Shown here in pieces: positions 8,950 to 18,786 of a stretch of 64,000 nucleotides of DNA. This DNA is from a virus, in the IMG/VR virus record IMGVR_UViG_3300032285_001316, positions 1 through 64,000 of that record; one strand, 5' to 3'. The position numbers and the translations under genes were made by a program. How positions within the stretch are numbered: the first letter of the stretch is position 1; each line of letters opens with the position of its first letter. The notes beneath the pieces were generated by a model, which did not search any database, was not told the origin of the DNA, and was given only the letters and a program-made list of their open reading frames with translations.

Positions 8950-11900
8950 CCGCTGCAGCTAGTAGTACCCCTCTTTCAGTAGATTACACTGGTCGCGATT
9001 ACTACGCGATTAGGGACCAGCTGATCCAGCGTGTAAAGGAGCGCGTTCCCGAGTGGCAAGGCAGCGACCCTAATGATTTTGGTCTTGCTCTTATCGAGGC
9101 ATTCTCTTACATGGGTGACCTCATCAACTACTATGTTGACCGCGTAGCCAATGAGTCATTTATTCTTACTGCAACTCAGCGTGAGTCGCTGCTCAACATT
9201 GCCTCAATGTACGGTTACAAACCAGCAAACTATGTTAGTTCATCCACCACTCTGTCGATTACTAACTCAAAGCAGGGTTATCAGGGGGCCATTGGTGGTG
9301 CCATTATTGAGTCGGGTGACGCCACCCACACTCTGGGTAACTACGCAAAAGTAATTGTTCCTAATGACCATCCATTCACGGTTTCTGGACCAAATAACTT
9401 TATCAAAGTTAACTCTATGCCTAATGTTGCGGTAGGTACTGTTGGGGATGTCACTCTTACGTATAACACATCTGTATTTAACGGCGTATTCCCAGTCTCG
9501 TTTGTTGGATACGATAACTTTGGAAAGAACGTTGTTTGGTACCGACCATCCGCAAATGTAACTAATGTTGCTCCTGTGGCGGTTACTGTTACTGCAGCAG
9601 TAGGTTCTGGAACTGTAGTTACATATACAGCCAGTAACGCATTTGCTGTTGGCGATGTAGTTACTATTACTGGTCTTGGTACGGAATCTGGGTCTTCCCT
9701 TAACCTATCTAACGTTGTTATCGCGTCTGTTACTTCAACGCAGTTTACGGTAAACAACACCACTACGGGTGTCTCCTCTGGTACGGGAACCGCTACAGCA
9801 TCTTCACGCTTTGTTATTACCGTGTCAGATACCAACAGAACTCTAGAAGCCTATAATGGTCAGAAAATTCTTCTTCACGGTGTTGTTTCTAGTGGAAACA
9901 ACTACAACGGTAAGTGGGTTGTAGATTCCTCTATTGATTCCACGCTGACCACTCCAACTCAGATTGTTGTAACAACTACTGCTGCTGATACGGTTGCGGA
10001 TATCAGCAACGCTCGAGTTTCTGGTTCAAACATCCTTTACTCTGCTTGGAATGACTTTATTGTTGGCGAGTATATTAGTGTAACTAAGGCTTCGCCAAAT
10101 AACTTCAACGTTTCCAATAAGGCCGTTACGGTATCAAAAAACGTAGAGGTAGCCATTTCAAAGACAACCTACACGTCGAGTCCAAACACAATTACGTACT
10201 ATGTCAGCGATCAGCTTGCTGTTGGTGATTACGTTTCAATTAGAAATATCTCTAGTACGGATAATGTACTGGCGCAAAAGGATCTTGGATACAACCTTAC
10301 AGATCAAACGGTAGCTGATACCTCTGCCACTACATCCATTGGTATTACATCAGTTGTGGGAGCGTCTCCTATTACTGGTCAGATTACGTACCAAACGGTA
10401 TCCAACCACAGCTTTGTTGTTGGTGATTATGTCACAATGACTGGTATTGCAAACTCTGTTAACACCGCAGTTACACAAACCGATGTGTACAACCTCAAGT
10501 CAGCAAAGATCATTAATGTTCCAAGCCCAACTACTTTTGTTGTTGAGGGTTACTGGACTAATGCTTTTGACGCTGTAAACTCCTCATCTCCTACAGCAAC
10601 AATGTATGCATTTACTTTGACTGGGTTGGCAACGGCTCCTGGAAACATGCTTTCTACGGGTATTGCCGTTTCTCAATACTTTGGTGTTGCTAAGGGAAGC
10701 GTCAGTGCTTCTTGGTTCTCTTCGGCATCAGTTACTGCCGCTACAGGAAACGGAACAACAGTTACCTACACGGCTACTAACTCTTTTGTTCCAGGACAAT
10801 CCGTCAGTATTACTGGCCTGGGAACCGCTTCAGGGGCATCTCTTAACCTCACAAATGTTATAGTGGCCACAGCTTCTGGAAGCCAGTTTACTGTAACCAA
10901 TAGTACTGTAGGAACAGCTTCTGGTACAGGAACGGCAACTCTCTCATCTGCTGCTCTCGCAACCCCTCAGGTAGGCGGAACCTATTCTTCTGGTGGAGAA
11001 GTTGTTTACGCAGAGATCCCCACACTGATTGTCAGTGGTCCTTATGTCACCTCTGTAGGCTCTACCGTTGTTCCAAAGGGAACCCAGGTAAGTACTCAGG
11101 TTACAGTTGATGGGGGAACAAAGACTATTGTATTTTCAACTCAGTCTGATATTGCCGTACCCTACCGTGATACAGCATCTGTTCTGGCTATTCAGGGTGA
11201 AGATATTTCTCTGAGGGCTGCAAATGCTGCAAACACAACAGCTAAACCTTATGACATTGCTGGTGAACTTCTCGGCTATTCAGACGGAACTGCCGATCAG
11301 GTATTCGCGCTTAAAGAAGTAACGGTAGACCCGCACAATGTACGCGTGTTTATCGACAACGGTACCGCATGGGAAGAGTGGACTCGGGTGGACTTCATCC
11401 AGGACTATACTCCATCGTCTGCTGTTTTCTCAGTGTCTGTTGCTGCTTCTGAAGAGGTCAGTGTTGTCTTCGGTGATGGAATTTCGGGAATGATTCCTCC
11501 CAAAGAATCTGGCGTAAAAGCTGTGTATATTTCTGGTGGCGGTGTTATCGGTAACGTTTCCGCTGACTCCCTCACCACTTGGGACTCTGTTCTCGGTGTA
11601 AACGCACCTGCTATCCGAACAATGTCGGTCACTAATGCAGTTGCTGCCACTGGTGGTGCTGACCCTGAAAGTAACGACTCTATTAGGTATAACGCGCCAC
11701 GTTCTCTCCGATCTCTTAATCGAGCAGTTACTCTTGAGGACTTTGCTAATCTTGCCTTGTCAATTGACGGTGTTGTTAAAAGCAATGCTATTGCTGATTC
11801 ACGCAGTTCGGTAACGGTCTACATCGCGCCTAATGCTACGGGAAGCGCTGAAGAGACTCCAGGTGTAGACAGCTCCAATGCTGATACCCCGCAGATGACA

Positions 11901-12590
11901 AACTACATCTCTTTGGTGTCTCAGTATCTTGCTAACAAGAAGCAGATCGGAACAACTGTCACTGTTTTGTCGCCAGCGTACTCCCCAGTACATGTTGATA
12001 TTCAATACAGTGCTCTTCCGCAGTACAACCCCAGTACGGTTTCAACAGCTATCAAGCAGGCTTTATTGTCTGACTTCTCATACAGCAATGTTGACTTTGC
12101 CGACGTCATTACTCCTGAAGAAGTTGAGTTTAAACTTCGTCAGGTCGAAGGTGTATCCAATGTTAAGGTTACTGGTTTGTTCCGAGTCGGAGGTAGCGGA
12201 AGAAATAGCCTTATAGGCGATCCCTCAGAAATATTTGTTTTCACTGAAGCTGAAACAGTTATTACTCCTACTAGCCCTCTTGCTTTGGCTAATACAATCA
12301 CGTTTGTTCCTGAAGATAGCGCGGGATCATCAACGGGCTCTGCGATTGTAAGCCCAACGTTTAACCAGGGCGTATACGCATACGCCTTGTCTTTGCCGAC
12401 TGGCACAAAGCAGGTCGCTATTACTCTTGGGGTTAGTGCTAATGCAAGTATCACGGTTAATGACAACGCGGTTAGTGGAGGAACAATTACTGTTCCTGTA
12501 GCTAGCTACGAAACATTGGCTGTAACAGTTGTTGCTCAAGATGGAATCACAACCAACACCTACCGATTTAAAGTAACTATTTCATCGTGA
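8946..12590 (+). CDS. Baseplate wedge protein (gp6/baseplate J-like) with large insertion of repeated beta-rich domains
   Basis: DYTGRDY..DFGLALIE..E.F..TA.QRES N-terminus; FGDG..G.IP, GGADPES, RAVTLEDF C-terminal half; Thr/Ser/Val-rich repeats between them. Confidence 0.9.
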   Translation: MTAAASSTPLSVDYTGRDYYAIRDQLIQRVKERVPEWQGSDPNDFGLALIEAFSYMGDLINYYVDRVANESFILTATQRESLLNIASMYGYKPANYVSSSTTLSITNSKQGYQGAIGGAIIESGDATHTLGNYAKVIVPNDHPFTVSGPNNFIKVNSMPNVAVGTVGDVTLTYNTSVFNGVFPVSFVGYDNFGKNVVWYRPSANVTNVAPVAVTVTAAVGSGTVVTYTASNAFAVGDVVTITGLGTESGSSLNLSNVVIASVTSTQFTVNNTTTGVSSGTGTATASSRFVITVSDTNRTLEAYNGQKILLHGVVSSGNNYNGKWVVDSSIDSTLTTPTQIVVTTTAADTVADISNARVSGSNILYSAWNDFIVGEYISVTKASPNNFNVSNKAVTVSKNVEVAISKTTYTSSPNTITYYVSDQLAVGDYVSIRNISSTDNVLAQKDLGYNLTDQTVADTSATTSIGITSVVGASPITGQITYQTVSNHSFVVGDYVTMTGIANSVNTAVTQTDVYNLKSAKIINVPSPTTFVVEGYWTNAFDAVNSSSPTATMYAFTLTGLATAPGNMLSTGIAVSQYFGVAKGSVSASWFSSASVTAATGNGTTVTYTATNSFVPGQSVSITGLGTASGASLNLTNVIVATASGSQFTVTNSTVGTASGTGTATLSSAALATPQVGGTYSSGGEVVYAEIPTLIVSGPYVTSVGSTVVPKGTQVSTQVTVDGGTKTIVFSTQSDIAVPYRDTASVLAIQGEDISLRAANAANTTAKPYDIAGELLGYSDGTADQVFALKEVTVDPHNVRVFIDNGTAWEEWTRVDFIQDYTPSSAVFSVSVAASEEVSVVFGDGISGMIPPKESGVKAVYISGGGVIGNVSADSLTTWDSVLGVNAPAIRTMSVTNAVAATGGADPESNDSIRYNAPRSLRSLNRAVTLEDFANLALSIDGVVKSNAIADSRSSVTVYIAPNATGSAEETPGVDSSNADTPQMTNYISLVSQYLANKKQIGTTVTVLSPAYSPVHVDIQYSALPQYNPSTVSTAIKQALLSDFSYSNVDFADVITPEEVEFKLRQVEGVSNVKVTGLFRVGGSGRNSLIGDPSEIFVFTEAETVITPTSPLALANTITFVPEDSAGSSTGSAIVSPTFNQGVYAYALSLPTGTKQVAITLGVSANASITVNDNAVSGGTITVPVASYETLAVTVVAQDGITTNTYRFKVTISS

Positions 12591-12934
12591 TAAAAGACTC
12601 CTATGGTAATACACGCTTCTTTGGTGTTTACCGAGGAGTGGTGTTTAGCGCGGACGACCCACTAAGTAAGAATAGGGTTCGTGTAAAGATCCCTCAAATT
12701 TTGGCAGATAATGCTACCCAATGGGCTTGGCCTGTTGGAGTAGTTGGAACCACACCTAATGTGGGAGATGGTGTTTGGGTTCAGTTTGAGGGAGGTGACC
12801 CCGCCTACCCAATTTGGCAGGGTTCTTTCAATGAAAATGCTGTGACAGCTGGAGCGGCAACATCAACAATAACCAATAATGTTACCACTATCTCGCCTGC
12901 TTACAACGGTACAATAGATGGTGGAAGTGCCTAA
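12587..12934 (+). CDS. Baseplate spike OB-fold protein (gp5/gpV N-terminal domain only)
   Basis: GVYRGVV..DPL..RVRVKIP..WAWP..P.VGD.VWV.FEGGDP.YPIW.G. Confidence 0.88.
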   Translation: MIKDSYGNTRFFGVYRGVVFSADDPLSKNRVRVKIPQILADNATQWAWPVGVVGTTPNVGDGVWVQFEGGDPAYPIWQGSFNENAVTAGAATSTITNNVTTISPAYNGTIDGGSA

Positions 12935-12947
12935 CCTAGGAGTTTAA

Positions 12948-13232
12948 ATGGCCGCTAGTTACCCAACCTCAATTAAGTCTTTTACCTATCGCGTAGATAA
13001 CCAAGACAAGGTTATTGCTGCAGACGTTAACGTCAGCTACGACGAGATCACGGCTATTGAGCTGCAGCTTGGTGCTGGCGGCGTTGCTTCTCGCACCACT
13101 GCTTTCGGTTCGGCTAACTTTGACAGCACTACTATTGACTGGACAAACTCTGGCGGTCTTAGGGCTCGTATTGAAAATTTGGAAAATGGCGTTTACTTTG
13201 CCAGCACCAATGTTGACGGTGGAACACCCTAA
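12948..13232 (+). CDS. Small virion structural protein
   Basis: MAASYPTSIKSF N-terminus, RARIENLE coil, C-terminal DGG motif; within the tail module. Confidence 0.6.
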   Translation: MAASYPTSIKSFTYRVDNQDKVIAADVNVSYDEITAIELQLGAGGVASRTTAFGSANFDSTTIDWTNSGGLRARIENLENGVYFASTNVDGGTP

Positions 13233-13236
13233 ATAA

Positions 13237-15399
13237 ATGCCTAAATATAATGAGTTTTATTACCTTAACGGGTACTACGGAGTCAAGAGTGCGGTTGCGT
13301 ACTCCGCTGAGCCTGTGCAGGCCACAGCTATTAACTATGACAACGTACTTGTTACATGGCTTACCCCCACAGGTTCTTACTCTGACTTTCGTGTAGTTAG
13401 AAACCAAAACTCTATCCCACAGACACAGGAAGATGGAGTAGTAGTTTACTCCTCTTTGGGAAAACCCGTTAATAATTCCGTAGTAGATTCATCTAATAAT
13501 TCTCTGGCTCCCCTTGTTGCTGGACACTTTGCTTTTTATAGGGTTTGGGTTCGTAGGGCTGACTCCTCTTCCTGGATTCCAGCGGGAGACACCTACACCC
13601 TAGTCCCTTCCCCTCACTCATTAAGCGTTGGGCGCGATGCTGTTTACTCTAGTGTGGGCATTGATGGGGTCAGTACGTCTGATGCATTAGTTTATTCCGA
13701 TACTCGTGTCAGCCCTATTGTGTCGACTACTCATCAGCGATTCCTTGACATGCTGCCTAGGGTTATCACGTCAAATACTAACAGTGCCGTGGATGTAGTC
13801 CAAGATGTTTACGATCAGTATGGTGAGCCAACAGGTGTTAAGGAAAACTCATTAATCTCTGCTTTTCTCTCTGGGTTCTCTTTTACTTTAGATGAGTTCC
13901 TTACTTTTGCATCTTTGATCGTACCCAATACAACGCAACACTTTTCTAGCCCTACCACGATATTTTTAGGTAGCCATGAGTTAGCAATGACTCTAGATGT
14001 GGAGCCCGTTACAGATACTCAGCGCAGGCTTCTTCGTCACGCCACAGAAATCTATTCTGAAAAGGGTACTGCTGCTGGTTTGGAGCTGCTTACACAAAGC
14101 ATGACTGCGTATGACGCCACCCTTACTGATACCGCAAATCTTCTTCTTTCTGTTGGCGATGCCACATTTAACCTGCTTAATTGGTACCCTGGCGATAACG
14201 TAGGTAACTGGTCTTCTCTATCTAGCAGCCTCACCTTGTCTGTAGAGTCTGGTGCGGTTCCCCTGACTGCAGCTGACGTTCCCGCAACTTTGGACACGGT
14301 GTATTGTGCAAAGATCCTTTCAACTGTTGCAAACAAGTCAATTGGTCTAGGTATTACAAATCCAGTAACCACTGCTATTCCAGTAACTGCTGGTCTTCCT
14401 TACAGTTTTTCTTTTTATGGAAAAGAAGGAACCGAGTCAGAGGGTGGCGGAGAAACAGATGCCGTTACTGTAGAGCTTCGTTGGTATGACCGAAAAGGGC
14501 AAACAATCTCTTCCTCGATCTCTTCGGATACGCTGGAAGGCTCGAGCTGGGCCCGATATTCGGTTGCAAATAAAGTTGCTCCTACTGGAGCTGTATATGT
14601 AGGCATTGTTCTTACCTTTGCTGCTACCTACCCCATTTACATTGACATGGTTCAGCTTGAGCAATCAACAACAGTGACAGCATATCAAGAACCTCGTGGT
14701 GTCCAGATTATGTTGGCCCCAGCAAAAGTTAACTTTATTAAGAACCCCAACTTCCAGGTAGATGCCAACTTCTGGACAACAGTTAATACGTCCTCTACGG
14801 CTGTTGTAGCGGCTACGTCTACTCAGTTGGCCCGTTCTGGCCCAAGCTACTTTAAGGCTGTATCAAATGGTTCTGGTCCGCTTAAGGTGTACTACAACCA
14901 GTACATTCCAGTAACTCCTGGACTCTACTACTCTGGCTCAATGTATGTCGAAGACTACAACACTAATAAGCAGTACGAAGCGTACATTGAGTTCTACAAC
15001 TCTTCTAATACTTTGATCTACACCGAAACAGGCGATCCTACATCGGTACTTACGTCTGATTGGACGCGAGTAACCGTAAGTGGTAAGGCTCCTGTAAACG
15101 CTGCTTCTGCACGTTTGTTTATCAAGTCAATTGGAAGCACAAACCCCGCTTCTGGGCAATACGCATTGTTTGACTGCGGTCAATTTGAGCAGTCTGCTCT
15201 ACCAACCGATTACTTTGACGGTTATCTTGTCGATGATGGTGGAGAGTTTTTTGGTACGGCCAATCTTTCTTACTCAGGAAACTACCCCTCTAAATCCGTG
15301 CGTATTGGTCGACTGGTGAATGAGATTCAAAACTTTATTGGATTTGATACTCCCTACTATATTCGTACTTATCAGACAGCGTACTCAGGCATCTCGTAG
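13237..15399 (+). CDS. Baseplate wedge/tail protein (gp7/gpI-like) with carbohydrate-binding-like domains
   Basis: FN3-like N-terminus, IYSEKGT..GL wedge motif, two jelly-roll-like repeats (D.VQLEQ, NPNF, YFDG). Confidence 0.75.
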   Translation: MPKYNEFYYLNGYYGVKSAVAYSAEPVQATAINYDNVLVTWLTPTGSYSDFRVVRNQNSIPQTQEDGVVVYSSLGKPVNNSVVDSSNNSLAPLVAGHFAFYRVWVRRADSSSWIPAGDTYTLVPSPHSLSVGRDAVYSSVGIDGVSTSDALVYSDTRVSPIVSTTHQRFLDMLPRVITSNTNSAVDVVQDVYDQYGEPTGVKENSLISAFLSGFSFTLDEFLTFASLIVPNTTQHFSSPTTIFLGSHELAMTLDVEPVTDTQRRLLRHATEIYSEKGTAAGLELLTQSMTAYDATLTDTANLLLSVGDATFNLLNWYPGDNVGNWSSLSSSLTLSVESGAVPLTAADVPATLDTVYCAKILSTVANKSIGLGITNPVTTAIPVTAGLPYSFSFYGKEGTESEGGGETDAVTVELRWYDRKGQTISSSISSDTLEGSSWARYSVANKVAPTGAVYVGIVLTFAATYPIYIDMVQLEQSTTVTAYQEPRGVQIMLAPAKVNFIKNPNFQVDANFWTTVNTSSTAVVAATSTQLARSGPSYFKAVSNGSGPLKVYYNQYIPVTPGLYYSGSMYVEDYNTNKQYEAYIEFYNSSNTLIYTETGDPTSVLTSDWTRVTVSGKAPVNAASARLFIKSIGSTNPASGQYALFDCGQFEQSALPTDYFDGYLVDDGGEFFGTANLSYSGNYPSKSVRIGRLVNEIQNFIGFDTPYYIRTYQTAYSGIS

Positions 15400-15411
15400 T
15401 AAACTGTCCGC

Positions 15412-15681
15412 ATGGACATCTTCATCTGGACTCTTTTAGCTGGAACAGCTACCGCCTTTACTACGGAGTTCATCAATACCGTCTTTGCACGGGTTTGGTG
15501 GTTCCCCATCCCAAGAATTATTCGCCTTACTTGTACGCTCCCTTTTTGCTTCGGAGCCGCTTGGTTATTGGGATGCGAGTGGCCCAGTATCGTCGTCGTT
15601 ACACTTGCGGCTGGATTTTTTTCCAATGCCCTCTTGCTTCTCCTTGAGCGAGCATCTATAGTTGTAACTCCACGACGCTAG
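15412..15681 (+). CDS. Small membrane protein (holin-like), leaderless
   Basis: Three hydrophobic segments; TAAACT 6 nt upstream of ATG. Confidence 0.55.
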   Translation: MDIFIWTLLAGTATAFTTEFINTVFARVWWFPIPRIIRLTCTLPFCFGAAWLLGCEWPSIVVVTLAAGFFSNALLLLLERASIVVTPRR

Positions 15682-15690
15682 GAGGGCAAC

Positions 15691-16590
15691 ATGCACGGAT
15701 TAAAACCCCGTGAGCGTTCTCTTCTCTCAGTAATGGAATCCAACACGGATCGCTGGGGGGAGGTACGACTGACGATGAACGAATTGACTGAGATAACTTC
15801 GATGAGCCGTACCACCCTTTGGCGTGCGTTGGTGAACTTGACTGAACGTGGTTTGGTGACTACTGTTCGTACTAAGCGCAATCTAGGGCGTCTGTACAAG
15901 AACGTGTACAAGGTTGTCAAAGTTGAAACATCAACAGCTGATACAAGTAGTCAAGTTAACCAAGTTAACTCAGTTAACCAAGTAACTACCTTGACTACCT
16001 TAACTATCAAAGTAAAGAATACTTCGTATTCTTTAGTGCGCTCCGCGCACGGAGGAACAAAAATGGTAAATAAATGGAACGAAGAAGATGGGGATCTCAT
16101 GGGATTTGGTTTAGTTGACGTTGTTGCACCTACGGAGAAAGTGAAGAAGGTCCCTAAGACCCGTCACTTGCGACCCCAGGAAGAGTGGACAGCCATGGAT
16201 GTGGCTTCAGAGTTCACGGCTCAGGTCTACGACAAGGTGCGGGGTATTCCAGGCCTGGTAAACACCCAGCGTTTGGGCATTGCCTTGGCTACCAACCGCA
16301 AAAAGCATGGCATCACAGCTACTCAGGAAATGCAGATCCTGCAGAAGTTCTTTGCAGATGACCGCAACCTGGTCACTATCAAGAAATTCCCTAAGCGCAC
16401 GGCAGGTATCTTTTTGAACTTCATCACCCAGAACATCTCTGAGGTCTCAGATGTGGTTACGATTGAGACAGCCATTGCAATGGAAGACCAACTAGAGTAT
16501 ATTTATGCTTCAGATGGCCGTAAGTTTGTCCGCTCCATTTCGGGACGTGCAGAGCTGGCTCAGTATGAGAAGCAATTAAAGGAGGAGTAG
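15691..16590 (+). CDS. Winged-HTH replication initiator-like protein
   Basis: N-terminal wHTH (LTMNELTEITSMSRTTLWRALVNLTERGLV); 9-bp tandem repeats in the linker; a DnaC-like ATPase gene lies downstream. Confidence 0.6.
   Translation: MHGLKPRERSLLSVMESNTDRWGEVRLTMNELTEITSMSRTTLWRALVNLTERGLVTTVRTKRNLGRLYKNVYKVVKVETSTADTSSQVNQVNSVNQVTTLTTLTIKVKNTSYSLVRSAHGGTKMVNKWNEEDGDLMGFGLVDVVAPTEKVKKVPKTRHLRPQEEWTAMDVASEFTAQVYDKVRGIPGLVNTQRLGIALATNRKKHGITATQEMQILQKFFADDRNLVTIKKFPKRTAGIFLNFITQNISEVSDVVTIETAIAMEDQLEYIYASDGRKFVRSISGRAELAQYEKQLKEE
15943..16014 (+). repeat. Tandem 9-bp iteron-like repeats inside initiator gene (candidate origin)
   Basis: caagttaac caagttaac tcagttaac caagtaact accttgact accttaact. 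Confidence 0.6.
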
Positions 16591-16757
16591 TGATCACGTT
16601 ACTAGCGTTCTTCCTTTTTGTTTCGGGAGTTATGACCTCCGTTATCGGACTGTATTACTCTCACGCCAAGGTTTTCTTCGCTGGTATTCTTTTGATCGCC
16701 GTATCCTTATCGATTGTTTTCTTCTCAATCCTCTCTTTTTTATTTGGAGTTAAATAA
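16590..16757 (+). CDS. Small membrane protein
   Basis: GTG start overlapping the previous stop, after GGAGG; 55 aa, hydrophobic. Confidence 0.5.
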   Translation: MITLLAFFLFVSGVMTSVIGLYYSHAKVFFAGILLIAVSLSIVFFSILSFLFGVK

Positions 16758-16882
16758 TGGAAGTCGCACTAACCGCCGCACTGTGGACAGGCGCAGTAAT
16801 GTTTTTAACCGTGACAGCTGTAGGTGTAGCCGTGCTTGTAACGGCAATTGTTCTCGCAGTTAAGATGCGTGCAGGAAAGTAA
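16757..16882 (+). CDS. Small membrane protein
   Basis: MEVALTAALWTGAVMF...; TAATG-coupled to the previous gene; 41 aa, hydrophobic. Confidence 0.5.
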   Translation: MEVALTAALWTGAVMFLTVTAVGVAVLVTAIVLAVKMRAGK

Positions 16883-16883
16883 C

Positions 16884-17054
16884 TTGCCTACTTACAACTA
16901 TGTATGCCAGCAGTGTGGCGATACCGAAGAGGTGTTCCACTCTATGACGGCAACCGTTCGCATTATCTGCGAGAAGTGCAACGTTGACAAGATCCGCAAA
17001 CCAGCAACAACCGCCATCTCGTTTACTGGCGGAGGATGGGCAAGTAAAGAGTGA
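16884..17054 (+). CDS. FmdB-family zinc ribbon protein
   Basis: (M)PTYNYVCQQCG..E..CEKC..F.GGGW. Confidence 0.85.
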   Translation: MPTYNYVCQQCGDTEEVFHSMTATVRIICEKCNVDKIRKPATTAISFTGGGWASKE

Positions 17055-17266
17055 CTCCTGAAGAGATCATCATGGAAGCAATCGATCGACTTACAGACGC
17101 GGAGTTTTTACTTACTTATCCTCGTGCTCAGGACTTGGCTCGAGCCATCCCTATGCAGATCCAACTGCTTGAGGACGCCCTGCCAACATATGAGAACAAT
17201 GCACCCCCTTCCCCCACAGATATTTACGCGCTAGACTTTGCTACACAGATCGTAGGAGAACAGTAA
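17051..17266 (+). CDS. Hypothetical protein
   Basis: Coupled ORF within operon. Confidence 0.6.
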   Translation: MTPEEIIMEAIDRLTDAEFLLTYPRAQDLARAIPMQIQLLEDALPTYENNAPPSPTDIYALDFATQIVGEQ

Positions 17267-17422
17267 TGGGACTATTCAACTTATTCAAAAAAGCAAAGCC
17301 AGTGGTAGACATCACTGAAACAGAGTGGATTCTCGTTCAAAAGGCTGAGTTGTACCCCGACAAGCTCACGCTCAAAGAGGTTGAGGCACTGAAGAAGATT
17401 GTCGACCGTGTGGAGAAAGCTA

Positions 17423-17746
17423 ATGGCTGACTACACGCCAACAATTGAGGAAGTTCGTGAGGCTTACCGCAAGACACTTCGCAAGGTCGAGGGCGTTTAT
17501 TCGTTGGTTCTTCCTGAAGATGCTGATGCAGCGTTTGACCGTTGGCTTGAAGCCGAACGACTTGCTGAACGTGAACGCATCATCGCACTACTTGAAGAAG
17601 AATATGCGCTTGCTGTTAAGTACGACTTTGAGATTGTTCATGGACTACACGCAGCTATCGCTCTTATCAAGGGAGAACAGCCAGTATCCGCAAATCCTGA
17701 TACGAGCGTTGTATCTGAAAAAACAGATAAGAAAGAAGAAGCATGA
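17423..17746 (+). CDS. Hypothetical protein
   Basis: MADYTPTIEEVREAY..FDRWL..ERERIIALL, a pattern common in actinophage small proteins; SD GGAG. Confidence 0.6.
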   Translation: MADYTPTIEEVREAYRKTLRKVEGVYSLVLPEDADAAFDRWLEAERLAERERIIALLEEEYALAVKYDFEIVHGLHAAIALIKGEQPVSANPDTSVVSEKTDKKEEA

Positions 17747-17822
17747 GTGAATGGCTACAGGGATTCCTTACAGCATTATTGTTCTCTGTGATTATTGAAA
17801 TTGTGTGGCAATTAGTTAAGGG

Positions 17823-18092
17823 ATGGAAGTAATGGGTAAGACACTTGCAGAGCAAAAGTGGGAGCAGGTTCAGGTAGAAGCTGCCACCGCTTGGGCCAAT
17901 CTTGACATTTCGATCGAGATGATTGAGAATAATAAAGACGAGTTGACCGAAGAGCAATACGCCGAGATTATGGCAAAGGTCGACGAGCAACAGAAGTACA
18001 TTCAGGACTACCTGCTTCAGGCAAAGGTAGACTACGAGGCTTCACTAAAAAAGGGAGAAATAAATGTCGTACGATCTGGCGGAGCTGACTAG
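17823..18092 (+). CDS. Hypothetical coiled-coil protein
   Basis: ORF track; acidic and helical. Confidence 0.55.
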   Translation: MEVMGKTLAEQKWEQVQVEAATAWANLDISIEMIENNKDELTEEQYAEIMAKVDEQQKYIQDYLLQAKVDYEASLKKGEINVVRSGGAD

Positions 18093-18786
18093 CCTCAAGC
18101 GCCAATGGTTACTTCGTTCCTCTAACATCCCCCGCCGATTCCTTGGCTGGGGTTCTGAGGACATTGCACGAGACATGGGGGAGTTCTCTCCTCAAATTGA
18201 GTCCTGGCTCAAGACTGCGCTTAATGGAGACGTTATTAAGCAGATTGGTGGCCTGGGTACAACTGGCGTTGGAATCCTCTTAGACGGCGGTCCAGGCAAG
18301 GGCAAGACCACTCACGCGGTAACTACTCTCATGGAGTTTGTCCGCCGCCTCCCCGAGAAGGATACAGCCGCCCGTGACGTGCTAGCCATGTCACCTGAGG
18401 TCTACGGGATGAACGCTCGTCCCGTTTACTACCTCACCTTCCCCGAGTTTCTTTCTCGCAAGAAAGCTATCTTCGAAGCAGATGCTGACACCAAACGCGG
18501 TATGTTCGAAGAGATGGAGGGTCTTCACGGTCGCGCTGATGATGACCGCTTAAACGTGCGCCTCCTCGTACTTGACGATCTTGGTAAGGAGTACGGCTCG
18601 AAGTACGACGACACGTCATTTGACGAGATCCTTCGTGCTCGTTACGATAAGGCATTACCAACAATTATCACCACCAACGTTCCTCTGGAAAACTGGGGAA
18701 AGAAGTACGGTGAAGCAATGGGAAGTTTTGGTCACGAGGCATTCCGCCTTGTGCGTATTATGGGAGAGGATCTTCGTAAAAAATGA
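18064..18786 (+). CDS. DnaC/IstB-like helicase loader ATPase
   Basis: Walker A GGPGKGKT, Walker B LLVLDDLGKE, R..RY...PTIITTN. Confidence 0.88.
   Translation: MSYDLAELTSLKRQWLLRSSNIPRRFLGWGSEDIARDMGEFSPQIESWLKTALNGDVIKQIGGLGTTGVGILLDGGPGKGKTTHAVTTLMEFVRRLPEKDTAARDVLAMSPEVYGMNARPVYYLTFPEFLSRKKAIFEADADTKRGMFEEMEGLHGRADDDRLNVRLLVLDDLGKEYGSKYDDTSFDEILRARYDKALPTIITTNVPLENWGKKYGEAMGSFGHEAFRLVRIMGEDLRKK

Noticed and set aside
1-15399. Bacterial extracellular contractile injection system or tailocin
   Set aside because: The tail genes are contiguous with a full phage replication module, tRNA and lysis genes, and there are no flanking host housekeeping genes.
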